A model generated the notes under the pieces. The model saw nothing but the letters and a program-made list of their open reading frames with translations. It made no database searches and was not told the origin of the DNA. From Armatimonadota bacterium (lineage in GTDB: Bacteria > Sysuimicrobiota > Sysuimicrobiia > Sysuimicrobiales > Kaftiobacteriaceae), in NCBI GenBank assembly GCA_037440005.1, contig JBBIUY010000008.1, positions 7,806 to 71,805 on the forward strand: 64,000 nucleotides of DNA, given 5' to 3'. The position numbers were made by a program, and so were the translations under genes. Below are positions 52,789 to 64,000 of the stretch, piece by piece. Position 1 is the stretch's first letter, and every line of letters starts with the position of its first letter.

Positions 52789-54632
52789 TCCCTCTGGAGC
52801 GCGACGCCGCGCAGGCCCCCGTGCTGTCCGAACAGGCCCGGGCGGAGATCCGCCGGCTGATGGGCCGCTTCCCCCACCGCCAGTCGGCCCTGCTGGGCGC
52901 CCTGTTCGTCGCCCAGGCCGAGGCGGGCTACCTGAGCCCACCGGTGCTGGCGGAGGTGGCGGAGGTGCTGGACCTGCCCTACAGCGAGGTGGTGTCGGTG
53001 GCGTCGTTTTACCACCTGTACCATCTGAAGCCGGTGGGCCGCCACGTGATCCAGGTCTGTACCAACATCTCCTGCCACCTCCGGGGCTGCGCCCGGGTGG
53101 TGGACCACCTGCGGGATCGGCTGGGGGTGGAGGTCGGGCAGACCACCGCCGACGGCGTGTTCACCCTGCGGACGGCCGAGTGCCTGGCGGCCTGCGACCG
53201 CGCCCCGGTCCTGATGGTGGACGACGACCTGTTCGGCCCGGTGGACGCCCCCGTCGCCGAGCAGATCCTCTCCGCCTACGCCGCCGGCGCCCGCCCCGCC
53301 GCCTCCGCCGTCTCCGGCCCCCGGGCCCCCCGCGTTGAAGCCCGGACCCCGGACTCTGAGGGGGGTCCGGTCCTGCTGCGCTATGTGCACGAGCCCGACC
53401 AGGGCGAGCTGGACGCCTACCTCGCCCGGGGCGGCTACGAGGGGCTGCGCCGGGCCCTGTCCATGGCGCCCGAGGCGGTCATCGAGGAGGTGGAGCGCTC
53501 GGGGCTGCGCGGCCGGGGCGGGGCCGGATTTCCCACCGGCCGCAAGTGGAAGTTTCTGCCCCGGGACCCCGCGGTCACCAAGTACGTGGTGGTGAACGCC
53601 GACGAAGGCGAGCCCGGCACCTTCAAGGACCGCACCCTCCTGGAGGGAGACCCCCACCGGCTGGTGGAGGGGACCGTCATCGCCGCCTATGCGGTGGGCG
53701 CCCGCCAGGCGTTCATCTACCTGCGCCGGGAGTTCGCCCGCGCCCGCGCGGTGCTGGAACGCGCCCTGGCCCAGGCCGAACAGGCGGGGCTGGTGGGCCG
53801 CAACATCCTGGGCCGGGGGGTGGACGTGGAGGTGGTCCTGGCCACCGGGGCGGGCGCCTACATCGCCGGGGAAGAGACGGCGCTGCTGGAGTCCCTGGAA
53901 GGCCGGCGCGCCCTGCCGCGGCTGAAGCCTCCCTACTACCCCGCCGTCAAGGGCCTGTACGGGCAGCCCACGGCCCTGAACAACGTGGAGACCCTCTGCC
54001 ACGTGGCCTGGATCCTGGCCCGGGGGGCGGAGTGGTACCGCCGGCAGGGGCCGCCGATTCTGATCTCGGTCAGCGGGCACGTGGCTCGCCCCGGGGTGTA
54101 CGAGGTGCCCCTGGGCACGACCATCCGGCAGGTGATCGAGCGGGCGGGGGGCATGCGGGACGGCCGCGCCTTCAAGGCCTGCTTTCCCGGCGGGTCGTCG
54201 TCGGCCATCCTCCCGGCGGCGTACCTGGACACCCCGATGGACTACGACGCCCTGGCCCGGCTGGACGTCTATGGGTCCATGCTGGGCTCGGCGGCGCTGA
54301 TCGTCATGGACGACACCACCTGCATGGTGGAGGTGGTGGCCCGCACCGTGGAGTTCTACCGGGACGAGTCCTGCGGCAAGTGCACCCCCTGCCGGGAGGG
54401 GACCGTGTGGCTGGGCCAGGTCCTGCGGCGGATCCTGGCCGGCGGCGGGCGTCCGGCGGACCTGGACCTGCTGGAGGGGATCGCCCGGGGGATGACCGGA
54501 ACGTGCTTCTGCCCGCTGGGGGAGAGCGTGCCCCCGGCCATCTACGCGTCGCTGCGCTTTTTCCGCCATGAGTTCGAGCACCACATCGCCCACCGGACCT
54601 GCGACGTGCGGTCGCCGGTCCCGGCCGCATAA
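52785..54632 (+). CDS. nuoEF: Fused NADH-quinone oxidoreductase subunits E and F
   Basis: NuoE motifs (VCTNISC, ECLAAC) in frame with NuoF motifs (GRGGAGF, NADEGEPG, ESCGKCTPCREG). Confidence 0.9.
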   Translation: MIPLERDAAQAPVLSEQARAEIRRLMGRFPHRQSALLGALFVAQAEAGYLSPPVLAEVAEVLDLPYSEVVSVASFYHLYHLKPVGRHVIQVCTNISCHLRGCARVVDHLRDRLGVEVGQTTADGVFTLRTAECLAACDRAPVLMVDDDLFGPVDAPVAEQILSAYAAGARPAASAVSGPRAPRVEARTPDSEGGPVLLRYVHEPDQGELDAYLARGGYEGLRRALSMAPEAVIEEVERSGLRGRGGAGFPTGRKWKFLPRDPAVTKYVVVNADEGEPGTFKDRTLLEGDPHRLVEGTVIAAYAVGARQAFIYLRREFARARAVLERALAQAEQAGLVGRNILGRGVDVEVVLATGAGAYIAGEETALLESLEGRRALPRLKPPYYPAVKGLYGQPTALNNVETLCHVAWILARGAEWYRRQGPPILISVSGHVARPGVYEVPLGTTIRQVIERAGGMRDGRAFKACFPGGSSSAILPAAYLDTPMDYDALARLDVYGSMLGSAALIVMDDTTCMVEVVARTVEFYRDESCGKCTPCREGTVWLGQVLRRILAGGGRPADLDLLEGIARGMTGTCFCPLGESVPPAIYASLRFFRHEFEHHIAHRTCDVRSPVPAA

Positions 54633-54635
54633 GCC

Positions 54636-57080
54636 ATGAGCGCCAGCGCCACCGTCACCCTGACCATCGACGGCCGCACGGTCACCGTGCCCCGGGGGAC
54701 CACCGTCTACCAGGCGGCCCGGGCGGCGGGGATCGACATCCCCATCTTCTGCTACCACGACCGCATGCCGCCCCTGGGGGCGTGCCGGATGTGCCTGGTG
54801 AAGGTGGAGAAGATGCCGCGGCTGCAGACCTCCTGCACCCTGGAGGCCGCCGACGGCATGGTGGTGTCCACCACCGCCCCCGAGGTGGTGGCCGGCCAGC
54901 GGGCGATTCTGGAGTTTTTGCTCATCAACCACCCGCTGGACTGTCCCATCTGCGATAAGGGGGGCGAGTGCCCCCTGCAGGACCAGACGGTGCGCTACGG
55001 CCCGGGGCGCAGCCGCTTCGTGGAGCCCAAGCGCGACTTCGCCAAGCCGGTGTCTTTGGGGCCGGTCCTGGTCCTGGACCGGGAACGGTGCATCCTGTGC
55101 TGGCGGTGCGTGCGCTTCGGGGAGCTGGTGGCCGGCGACGACGCGCTGAAGGGCTTTGAGCGGGGGTTCCGCAGCGAGATCAACACGCCGTTCACCCTCC
55201 CGGTGCAGTCCAAGTTCATCGGCAACACCATCGCCATCTGCCCGGTGGGGGCCCTCACGGCCCGCCCGTACCGGTTCGTGGCGCGCCCCTGGGACAACCG
55301 GCCGGTGGCCAGCACCTGCACCCTGTGCGGGGTGGGCTGCGCGGTGGAGTTCGACGTCCGCGACGGGCAGGTGGTGCGGGTGCGGGCGCGGGAGGAGCCG
55401 GCGGTCAACGACATCTGGCTGTGCGACCTGGGATTTTTCGGGCACGCCGCCGTCTCCCACCCCGACCGCCTGCGCACGCCGTTGGTGCGCCGGGACGGCC
55501 TGCTGGTGGAGGCGTCCTGGGACGAGGCCCTGGACTACGTGGCCTCCCGGCTGCGGGCCGCCCCCCGGGGACGGGTGGCGGCCCTGGGCGGGGCGCGGCT
55601 GACCACCGAGGACGCGTACGTGGCCGCCCGGTTCTTCCGCGCGGTGGTGGGCACCCCGCACCTGGACCACCGGGTGGACGCCGCGCCGGGGTCCGCCAGC
55701 CTGCTGGTGGGCTGGGGCATGCGCCGCCCCCTGGGAGACCTGGACGAGGCCGACGTGGTGGTCCTGGTGGGCTGCGACGTCACCGAGGAGTACCCGGTGC
55801 TGTGGCTGCGCCTGCGGCGCGCCGTCGACCGCGGCGCCGCGGTGGTGGCCGTCACCCCGCGGCGGCTGGAGGTGGACCGGTTCCTGCGGGCGCACCTGGT
55901 GCACCGGTTCGGGGAGGGCGCTCAGGTCCTGGACGCGCTGCTGGGAAGCGCCGCCGGCGCCGCGGGCGGCGTGGATCCTGCCGCCCTGGCCGCGGCCACC
56001 GCGGCCGTGCAGGACGCCCGCCGCCCGGTGGTGATGGTGGGGCGGCTGGCCCTGGAGGCTCCCGACGGCATCGAGATCCTGCGGCGGGTCCGGGAGCTGG
56101 CGGCGCGCTGGGGCGTGCCGGTGGACGTCCTGCGGGGCAAGGGCAACGCCTGGGGGGCCGCCCTGGCCGGCCTGCTGCCCGATGCCGCCCCCGGAGGCCG
56201 CCCGCTGGAGGACGCGCAGAACGCGCTGCGGGCCCTGTGGGGAGAAGAGGCGGTGGTGGACGCCGGGTGGACGGCGCCGGAGATCGTCCAGCAGGCGGCC
56301 CGGGGCGCCGTGGAGGTGCTGTTCGCGCTGGGGGCGGACCCGGCGTCGGAGGTCGTGGACCGCTCCCTGTGGATGCAGGCCCGCCGGCGCGTGGGGGTCC
56401 TGGTGGCGGTGGACGCGTTTCTGTCGCCCACCGCCCGCATGGCCGACGTGGTCCTGCCCGTCCTGATGGCCCCGGAAAAGGACGGCACCGTCTGCGGCGT
56501 GGACGGGCGGGTGCACCGGGTCCGGGCGGCCGTGCCCGGCCCGGGCTCGGCGTGGGCGGAGGCAGCCATCTTCGCCGCCCTCGCCGACCGTCTGGGGCGG
56601 ACCCTGGTCTACAGCGGGTGGGAGGAGATCTTCGACGAGATGCGGACCCTCCTGCCCTCCCTGGCCGTGGGCGGGCGGGTCTTCCCGCCGGCCGACCGGT
56701 CCCTGCCGGCGGCGCGGGCGGAGACGGCGGCGTCCGACGGCGACGGCCTGGTCCTCATCCCCGGCGACGCCCTGTTCGACCTGGGGACGATGACCTCCCG
56801 CAGCCCGGCGGTGGCCGACCTCGCCCGCGAGCCGTGGGCGATGCTGCACCCGGAGGACGCGTCCCGGCTGGGGGTGGCCGACGGCGATCCGGTGGTCCTG
56901 CGGGGGGCGCGGGGGGAGGTGGCCGTGCGCGTCCGGGTGGCCGCCGACATCCTGCCCGGGCAGGTCTTCCTGCCCCGGGGCTTCGACCAGGCGCCGGCCA
57001 ACGCCCTGGCCGACGGCGCCGGGCCGGCGCGGGTCCGGCTGGTCCCCCTGCACGCCCGGACGGCAGGAGGCGGTCGGTGA
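54636..57080 (+). CDS. nuoG: NADH-quinone oxidoreductase subunit G
   Basis: GACRMCLV, HPLDCPICDKGGECPLQD, CILCWRC and CTLCGVGC motifs. Confidence 0.95.
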   Translation: MSASATVTLTIDGRTVTVPRGTTVYQAARAAGIDIPIFCYHDRMPPLGACRMCLVKVEKMPRLQTSCTLEAADGMVVSTTAPEVVAGQRAILEFLLINHPLDCPICDKGGECPLQDQTVRYGPGRSRFVEPKRDFAKPVSLGPVLVLDRERCILCWRCVRFGELVAGDDALKGFERGFRSEINTPFTLPVQSKFIGNTIAICPVGALTARPYRFVARPWDNRPVASTCTLCGVGCAVEFDVRDGQVVRVRAREEPAVNDIWLCDLGFFGHAAVSHPDRLRTPLVRRDGLLVEASWDEALDYVASRLRAAPRGRVAALGGARLTTEDAYVAARFFRAVVGTPHLDHRVDAAPGSASLLVGWGMRRPLGDLDEADVVVLVGCDVTEEYPVLWLRLRRAVDRGAAVVAVTPRRLEVDRFLRAHLVHRFGEGAQVLDALLGSAAGAAGGVDPAALAAATAAVQDARRPVVMVGRLALEAPDGIEILRRVRELAARWGVPVDVLRGKGNAWGAALAGLLPDAAPGGRPLEDAQNALRALWGEEAVVDAGWTAPEIVQQAARGAVEVLFALGADPASEVVDRSLWMQARRRVGVLVAVDAFLSPTARMADVVLPVLMAPEKDGTVCGVDGRVHRVRAAVPGPGSAWAEAAIFAALADRLGRTLVYSGWEEIFDEMRTLLPSLAVGGRVFPPADRSLPAARAETAASDGDGLVLIPGDALFDLGTMTSRSPAVADLAREPWAMLHPEDASRLGVADGDPVVLRGARGEVAVRVRVAADILPGQVFLPRGFDQAPANALADGAGPARVRLVPLHARTAGGGR

Positions 57081-58060
57081 TGGAGACCCTGGTGGTGGCC
57101 GTCGCCAAGAGCCTGGGGCTGATCGTCCTGCTGCTGACCACCTTTGCGTACATGACGCTGCTGGAGCGCCGGCTGCTGGCTCGCTTCCAGGTCCGCATCG
57201 GCCCCAACCGGGTGGGCCCCGGCGGGCTGCTGCAGCCCCTGGCCGACGGGATCAAGCTGCTGTTCAAGGAGAGCTTCATTCCCGCCCGGGTGGACCGCCT
57301 CGTGTACCTGGTGGCGCCGGTCCTGTCCATGGTGGCGGCGCTGGCGGTGTACGCGGTGATCCCCCTGGGCCCAGCCGTCACCGTGGCCGGGCGGCGGGTT
57401 ACCCTGTACCTGGCCGACGTGAACGTGGGCATCCTGCTGGTCCTGGCCACGTCCTCCCTGGGCGTGTACGGGATCATCCTGGGGGGATGGTCCACCGACA
57501 ACAAGTACGCCCTGCTGGGCAGCCTGCGCAGCAGCGCCCAGCTGATCAGCTACGAGCTGGCCCTGGGGCTGGCGGTCATCAGCGTGGTCCTCCAGGCCGG
57601 GTCCCTCAGCCTGGTGGAGATCGTGCGCGCCCAGCGCGAGCGGTGGTTTGTGGCGGTGCAGCCCCTGGCCTTCCTGCTGTTCTTCGTGGCGGCGGTGGCC
57701 GAGACCAACCGGGCGCCCTTCGACCTGCCCGAGGCGGAGCAGGAGCTGGTGGCGGGCTACCAGACCGAGTACGGGGGGTTTCGCTTCGCCCTGTTCTACG
57801 CCGGAGAGTACATCGGCATCGTGACCATGAGCGCCCTGGCCACCCTGCTGTTCTGGGGGGGATGGTGGGGGCCGGTGCTGCCCGGGGTGGTGTGGTTCGT
57901 CCTGAAGACTTTTGCCTTCATCTTCGTGTTCATCTGGCTGCGGGCGACCCTTCCGCGGGTCCGCCATGACCAGCTCATGGCCCTGGGGTGGAAGGTGCTG
58001 GTGCCGGCGGGCCTGGTGAACATCGCGGCGACCGCGGTGTGGGTCGCCCTGCGGGGGTAG
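57080..58060 (+). CDS. nuoH: NADH-quinone oxidoreductase subunit H
   Basis: GPNRVGP and ETNRAPFDLPEAE motifs. Confidence 0.95.
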   Translation: METLVVAVAKSLGLIVLLLTTFAYMTLLERRLLARFQVRIGPNRVGPGGLLQPLADGIKLLFKESFIPARVDRLVYLVAPVLSMVAALAVYAVIPLGPAVTVAGRRVTLYLADVNVGILLVLATSSLGVYGIILGGWSTDNKYALLGSLRSSAQLISYELALGLAVISVVLQAGSLSLVEIVRAQRERWFVAVQPLAFLLFFVAAVAETNRAPFDLPEAEQELVAGYQTEYGGFRFALFYAGEYIGIVTMSALATLLFWGGWWGPVLPGVVWFVLKTFAFIFVFIWLRATLPRVRHDQLMALGWKVLVPAGLVNIAATAVWVALRG

Positions 58061-58068
58061 AGCGGCCC

Positions 58069-58554
58069 ATGGCGACGGTGGCGACTACGATCCGGCAGGC
58101 GTGGGCGATGGTGCGGGGGCTGGGGGTGACCCTGCGCTACCTGGTCCGGCCGCCGGTCACCGTGCCCTACCCCGACGTCAAGCGCGACGCCGTCCAGCCG
58201 CGCTTCAAGGGGCGGCACTGGCTCACCCTGTACGAGGACGGCCTGGAGCGGTGCGTGGGCTGCGAGCTGTGCGTGATCGTGTGCCCGTCCCAGGCCATCT
58301 ACGTCCGCGCCGCCGAGAACACCCCCGAGCACCAGGTGAGCCGGGGGGAGCGCTACGCCGCCGACTTCCAGATCAACGAGCTGCGCTGCATCTTCTGCGG
58401 GTTCTGCGAGGAGGCGTGTCCCACCGGCGCCATCGTCCTGGGACGGGACTACGAGCTGGCCGCGTCCAGCCGGGAGGAACTGATCTACACCAAGGAGATG
58501 CTCACCGAGCCCTACCCGGGGGCGTCGGGGCGGGACCCGCGGCGGGAGGTGTGA
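58069..58554 (+). CDS. nuoI: NADH-quinone oxidoreductase subunit I
   Basis: Two CxxCxxCxxxCP ferredoxin motifs. Confidence 0.93.
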   Translation: MATVATTIRQAWAMVRGLGVTLRYLVRPPVTVPYPDVKRDAVQPRFKGRHWLTLYEDGLERCVGCELCVIVCPSQAIYVRAAENTPEHQVSRGERYAADFQINELRCIFCGFCEEACPTGAIVLGRDYELAASSREELIYTKEMLTEPYPGASGRDPRREV

Positions 58555-58567
58555 GGCCACGGAGCGG

Positions 58568-59095
58568 GTGATGGAGGTCGCCCTGTTCGTGCTGGCCGCC
58601 GCCGGGGCGCTGGCCGGCGGGGTGGGCGTGGTGGCCAGCCGGCTGCCGGTGCGCAACGCCCTGTCCCTGTTGCTGGTGCTGGTGTGCCTGGCGGTGCTGT
58701 ACCTGCTGCTGGCCGCCCCGTTCATCGCGGTGCTGCAGGTGATCGTCTACGCCGGGGCGATCGTGGTCCTGTTCCTGTTCGTGGTGATGCTCCTGCACGC
58801 CCGCAGCGGCGAGCCGCCGCCGGACCGCCTGCGGGGCCAGCGCCCCCTGGCCGCGCTGCTGGTGGCGGCGTTGCTGGCCGCCCTGGCGGCGGTGGTGCGG
58901 GCCGGTCCGCAGGCGGCGGCTCCTCCGCCCCCGGAGTTCGGCACCGCCCAGGCGGTGGGCCGCGTCCTGTTCACCACGTACCTGCTGCCCTTCGAGGTGG
59001 CGTCGGTCATCCTGCTGGTGGGCATGGTCGCCGCGGTGGTCATCGGCCGCCCCCTCCCGCGGCCGCCGGCCGGACCGGGGGAGGCCCGGCGGTGA
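58568..59095 (+). CDS. nuoJ: NADH-quinone oxidoreductase subunit J
   Basis: [15 protein letters not shown] and PFEVAS motifs. Confidence 0.92.
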   Translation: MMEVALFVLAAAGALAGGVGVVASRLPVRNALSLLLVLVCLAVLYLLLAAPFIAVLQVIVYAGAIVVLFLFVVMLLHARSGEPPPDRLRGQRPLAALLVAALLAALAAVVRAGPQAAAPPPPEFGTAQAVGRVLFTTYLLPFEVASVILLVGMVAAVVIGRPLPRPPAGPGEARR

Positions 59096-59397
59096 CGGTC
59101 CCCCTGGCCGCTTACCAGGCGCTGGGCGCCCTGCTGTTCGCCCTCGGGGTGGCGGGGGTGCTGCTGCGCCGCAACGCCCTGGTGGTGTTCATGTCGGTGG
59201 AGCTGATGCTCAACGCCGTCAACCTCAGCTTCGTGGCCTTCGCCCGCCAGCACGCGGCCATGGCGGGACAGGTGGCGGTGTTCTTCGTCGTGGCGGTGGC
59301 GGCCGTGGAGGTGGTGGTGGGCCTGGCCATCATCATCGCCATCTTCCGGGCCCGGGAGACGGTGGACCTGGACAGCGTGGATCTGCTGCGGGGGTAG
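59092..59397 (+). CDS. nuoK: NADH-quinone oxidoreductase subunit K
   Basis: [19 protein letters not shown] motif. Confidence 0.93.
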   Translation: MTVPLAAYQALGALLFALGVAGVLLRRNALVVFMSVELMLNAVNLSFVAFARQHAAMAGQVAVFFVVAVAAVEVVVGLAIIIAIFRARETVDLDSVDLLRG

Positions 59398-59403
59398 CCG
59401 GTC

Positions 59404-61241
<1,838 letters not shown>

Positions 61242-61245
<4 letters not shown>

Positions 61246-62879
61246 CGTCGGTGCCCTGGCTGTCCGCTGCCCTGGTCCTGCCGCTGGCCACCGCCGCCGT
61301 GGCCGCCGCGGTGGACCGGCGCCGCACCGGCGCCCTGTACGGGGTGGGGATGGCAGGCATGCTGGCGGTGGCGGCGGTGGCCGGGGTCGTCTTCGTGCGC
61401 TTTGACGCCCGGAGCGCCGCCCTGCAGTTCGTCGAGCGCGCGCCCTGGATCCCCTCGGTGGGCATCGGCTACCACGTGGGCGTGGACGGCATCTCCCTGC
61501 CCCTGGTGATGCTGACGGCGGTCATGATGCCCCTGGCGCTGCTGTCGGCGTGGGGGTCGATCACCGAGCGGGTGAAGGAGCTGGTGGTGGTCCTGCTGGT
61601 CCTGGAGAGCGCGCTGCTGGGGACGTTTGTGGCCCAAGACCTGGTCCTGTTCTACGTGTTCTGGGAGGCCGTGCTCATCCCCATGTACTTCCTCATCGGG
61701 CTGTGGGGCGGGCCGGCCCGGGTCCTGGCCGCCATGAAGTTTTTGCTGTACACCATGGCCGGCAGCGCCCTGATGCTGGTGGCGATCATCGTCCTGTACC
61801 TGCAGTCGGGCGCCCAGCTGGGCGCCCGGACCTTCGACCTGGTGGCACTCCAGGGGCTGCGGCTGGATCCGGCCCTGGAGCCGTGGCTGTTCGCCGCCTT
61901 CGCCCTGGCCCTGGCCATCAAGGTGCCGGTCTGGCCCCTGCACACCTGGCTGCCCGACGCCCACACCGAGGCGCCCACCGCCGGCAGCGTCATCCTGGCC
62001 GCCGTCCTGCTGAAGATGGGCACCTACGGGTTCCTGCGGTTTGTCCTGCCGCTGTTCTCCGCCAGCGCCGTGCGCTATGCGCCCGCCCTGATGGCCCTGG
62101 CGGTGGTGGGGGTCCTGTACGGCGGCGCCGTGTCGTGGGCCCAGCGGGACGTCAAGCGGCTGGTGGCCATGAGCAGCGTCAGCCACCTGGGGCTGATCAC
62201 CCTGGGCCTGTTCGCGCTGTCGCCGGAGGCCGTGCAGGGGAGCCTGCTGCAGATGGTCAACCACGGCCTGAGCACCGGCGGCCTGTTCCTGCTGGTGGGG
62301 GTGCTGTACGACCGGACCCACTCCCGGCGGATGGACGACTACGGCGGGGTGGCGTCCCTGATGCCGCGCCTGGCCCCCCTGGCCCTGATCGTGGTCCTGT
62401 CGTCCCTGGCGCTGCCGGGCACCAACGGCTTTGTGGGGGAGTTTCTGGTGCTGGTGGGGACGTACCGGGTGGCGCCCCGCTACGCCGTCCCCGCCCTGGG
62501 CGGCGTGATCCTGTCGGCGGCCTACCTGCTGTGGATGTACCAGAAGGTGATGCACGGGCCGGTGGCGGTGCGCGAGCCGGCGGCGGTGCGGGACCTGTCG
62601 CGGCGGGAACAGGCCCTGTTCTGGCCGCTGGTGATCCTGATCTTCTGGATCGGGTTGTACCCCGCGCCCCTGCTGCGGCGCAGCGAGGCGTCGGTGCGCG
62701 CCCTGCTGGCCCTGGTGCACGAGCGCGCCGCCGCGCCGGCGGCGGTGCCCGCCCAGGCGCCTCCGGCGCCGTCCTTCCCGACAGCTCCGAGCGCCGTGGT
62801 GGACCGTGGCCTCCCGGCGGGACCTCCCGCCGATGCCCGCGAGTTCCGGGCCGCCCCCGGAGGTGAGGTCCGGCCGTGA
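61242..62879 (+). CDS. nuoM: NADH-quinone oxidoreductase subunit M
   Basis: FYVFWE, HTWLPDAHTEAP and LPGTNGFVGE motifs. Confidence 0.95.
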
Positions 62880-64000
62880 CGGCGGCCCTGGATGTGAGGC
62901 TGCTGCTGCCCGAGCTGGTCGTGCTCGGGACCGCCCTGGTGGTGCTGCTGGCGTCGGTGGGAGGGGCCGCGTCCCGGCCGGCGGTGCTGCGGTGGCTGGC
63001 GGTGGCCGGGGCGGCCGCCGGCCTGGGGGCCGTCGCCGCGGTACCGCCAGCGGGCGGGGCGGCGTTCTGGGGGTCCTACGTCCGGGATCCGCTGACGGCG
63101 GCCCTCCAGGCTGTGGTCCTGGTGGGGACGCTGCTGGCCGTGATCCTGTCGGGAGAGTACGTGCGGCGCACCCGGCTGGACGCGGGGGAGTTCTACGCCC
63201 TGGTCCTGGTGGCGGCCGCCGGTGCCATGCTGATGGCGGCCAGCGCCGACCTGCTGCTGCTGTTCGTGGGTCTGGAGACCCTGTCCGTCCCCCTGTACGT
63301 GCTGGCGGCCCTGGCCCGCGCCGACGCCCGCTCCCAGGAGGCCGGGCTGAAGTACTTCCTGCTCGGCGCGTTCGCCACCGCCTTCTTCCTGTACGGCGTC
63401 GCCCTCGCCTTCGGCGCCACCGGCTCCACGGCCCTGGCCGCCCTGTCCGGGGCGGCCCCCTCGGCCACCCTGCGGGCGGCGGTGGCCCTGCTGACCACGG
63501 GGCTGGCGTTCAAGGCGGCGGTGGTCCCGTTTCACGTGTGGGCCCCCGACGTTTACGAAGGGGCGCCGCTGCCGGTGACCGCGTACATGGCGGTGGTGGC
63601 CAAGGCGGGCGCGTTCGCGGCCTTTTTGCGCGTGTTCGTGGCCACTCTGGGCCCCCGGGTCGGCGAGTGGGGGGCGGTGCTGGCGGCCGCCAGCGTCCTG
63701 ACCATGGTGGTGGGCAACGTGGCCGCCCTGCACCAGACCGGGATCAAGCGGCTGCTGGCTTACAGCAGCATCGCCCACGCCGGCTTCCTCCTGACCGGGG
63801 TGCTGGCGGCCAGTCCCGCCGGGACCGCGGCCGTGGTCTTCTACCTGCTGGCGTACACCCTGATGACCCTGGGGGCGTTCGCGGTGGTCCTGATGGTGCG
63901 CCGGGCCGACGGGGAGGCGGACCGGATCGCCGACCTGGCCGGACTGGCCTCCCGGTCTCCCGCCCTGGGGGCGGCCATGGCGGTGTTCATGGCCGCCCTC
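62876..64000 (+). CDS. nuoN: NADH-quinone oxidoreductase subunit N (partial, runs off the window)
   Basis: EAGLKYF, PFHVWAPDVYEGAP and KRLLAYSSIAH read from the sequence; GTGA coupling to nuoM. Confidence 0.92.
   Translation, partial: MTAALDVRLLLPELVVLGTALVVLLASVGGAASRPAVLRWLAVAGAAAGLGAVAAVPPAGGAAFWGSYVRDPLTAALQAVVLVGTLLAVILSGEYVRRTRLDAGEFYALVLVAAAGAMLMAASADLLLLFVGLETLSVPLYVLAALARADARSQEAGLKYFLLGAFATAFFLYGVALAFGATGSTALAALSGAAPSATLRAAVALLTTGLAFKAAVVPFHVWAPDVYEGAPLPVTAYMAVVAKAGAFAAFLRVFVATLGPRVGEWGAVLAAASVLTMVVGNVAALHQTGIKRLLAYSSIAHAGFLLTGVLAASPAGTAAVVFYLLAYTLMTLGAFAVVLMVRRADGEADRIADLAGLASRSPALGAAMAVFMAAL

Noticed and set aside
52623-57053. 1476-aa antisense ORF, and similar long shadow ORFs such as 16724-20320 and 35283-38639
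   Set aside because: They lie opposite well-conserved genes, have low-complexity composition and arise from stop-codon scarcity at high GC.

Overview
Very GC-rich bacterial chromosomal window, almost entirely coding, with no transposase, integrase, phage gene, rRNA or CRISPR array. Contents in order: (1) a molybdenum-hydroxylase (Cox/Cut-like, not form I CODH) cluster with two large subunits, maturation genes, acetoacetyl-CoA synthetase, DUF2877 and an EamA transporter; (2) an SLH/SPOR/phosphodiester-glycosidase gene; (3) a HEAT-repeat + HD-GYP gene pair; (4) tRNA-Asp and tRNA-Phe; (5) a hypothetical/DUF6062/MFS operon; (6) arsR-arsN2-arsM; (7) proC with a T-box leader; (8) RNA helicases, assorted metabolic genes and thyX; (9) iscS followed by a nuoA-N complex I operon with fused nuoEF, truncated by the window edge. 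The most notable unannotated signals are: a self-contained transcription unit encoding the 10-aa peptide MAKKKAKKKK behind tandem NrdR-like boxes (the same box arrangement as at thyX); a proline T-box with an ultrashort Stem I; a vasohibin-like cysteine peptidase; a recurring sigma-H-like promoter motif; and an inverted pair of composite 8-mer/7-mer repeat elements. SLH domains, a T-box and sigma-H-like promoters at this GC content suggest a Terrabacteria lineage such as Armatimonadota/CSP1-3 or a high-GC Bacillota relative (inference only). All family assignments come from motif recognition by eye; no searches were run.
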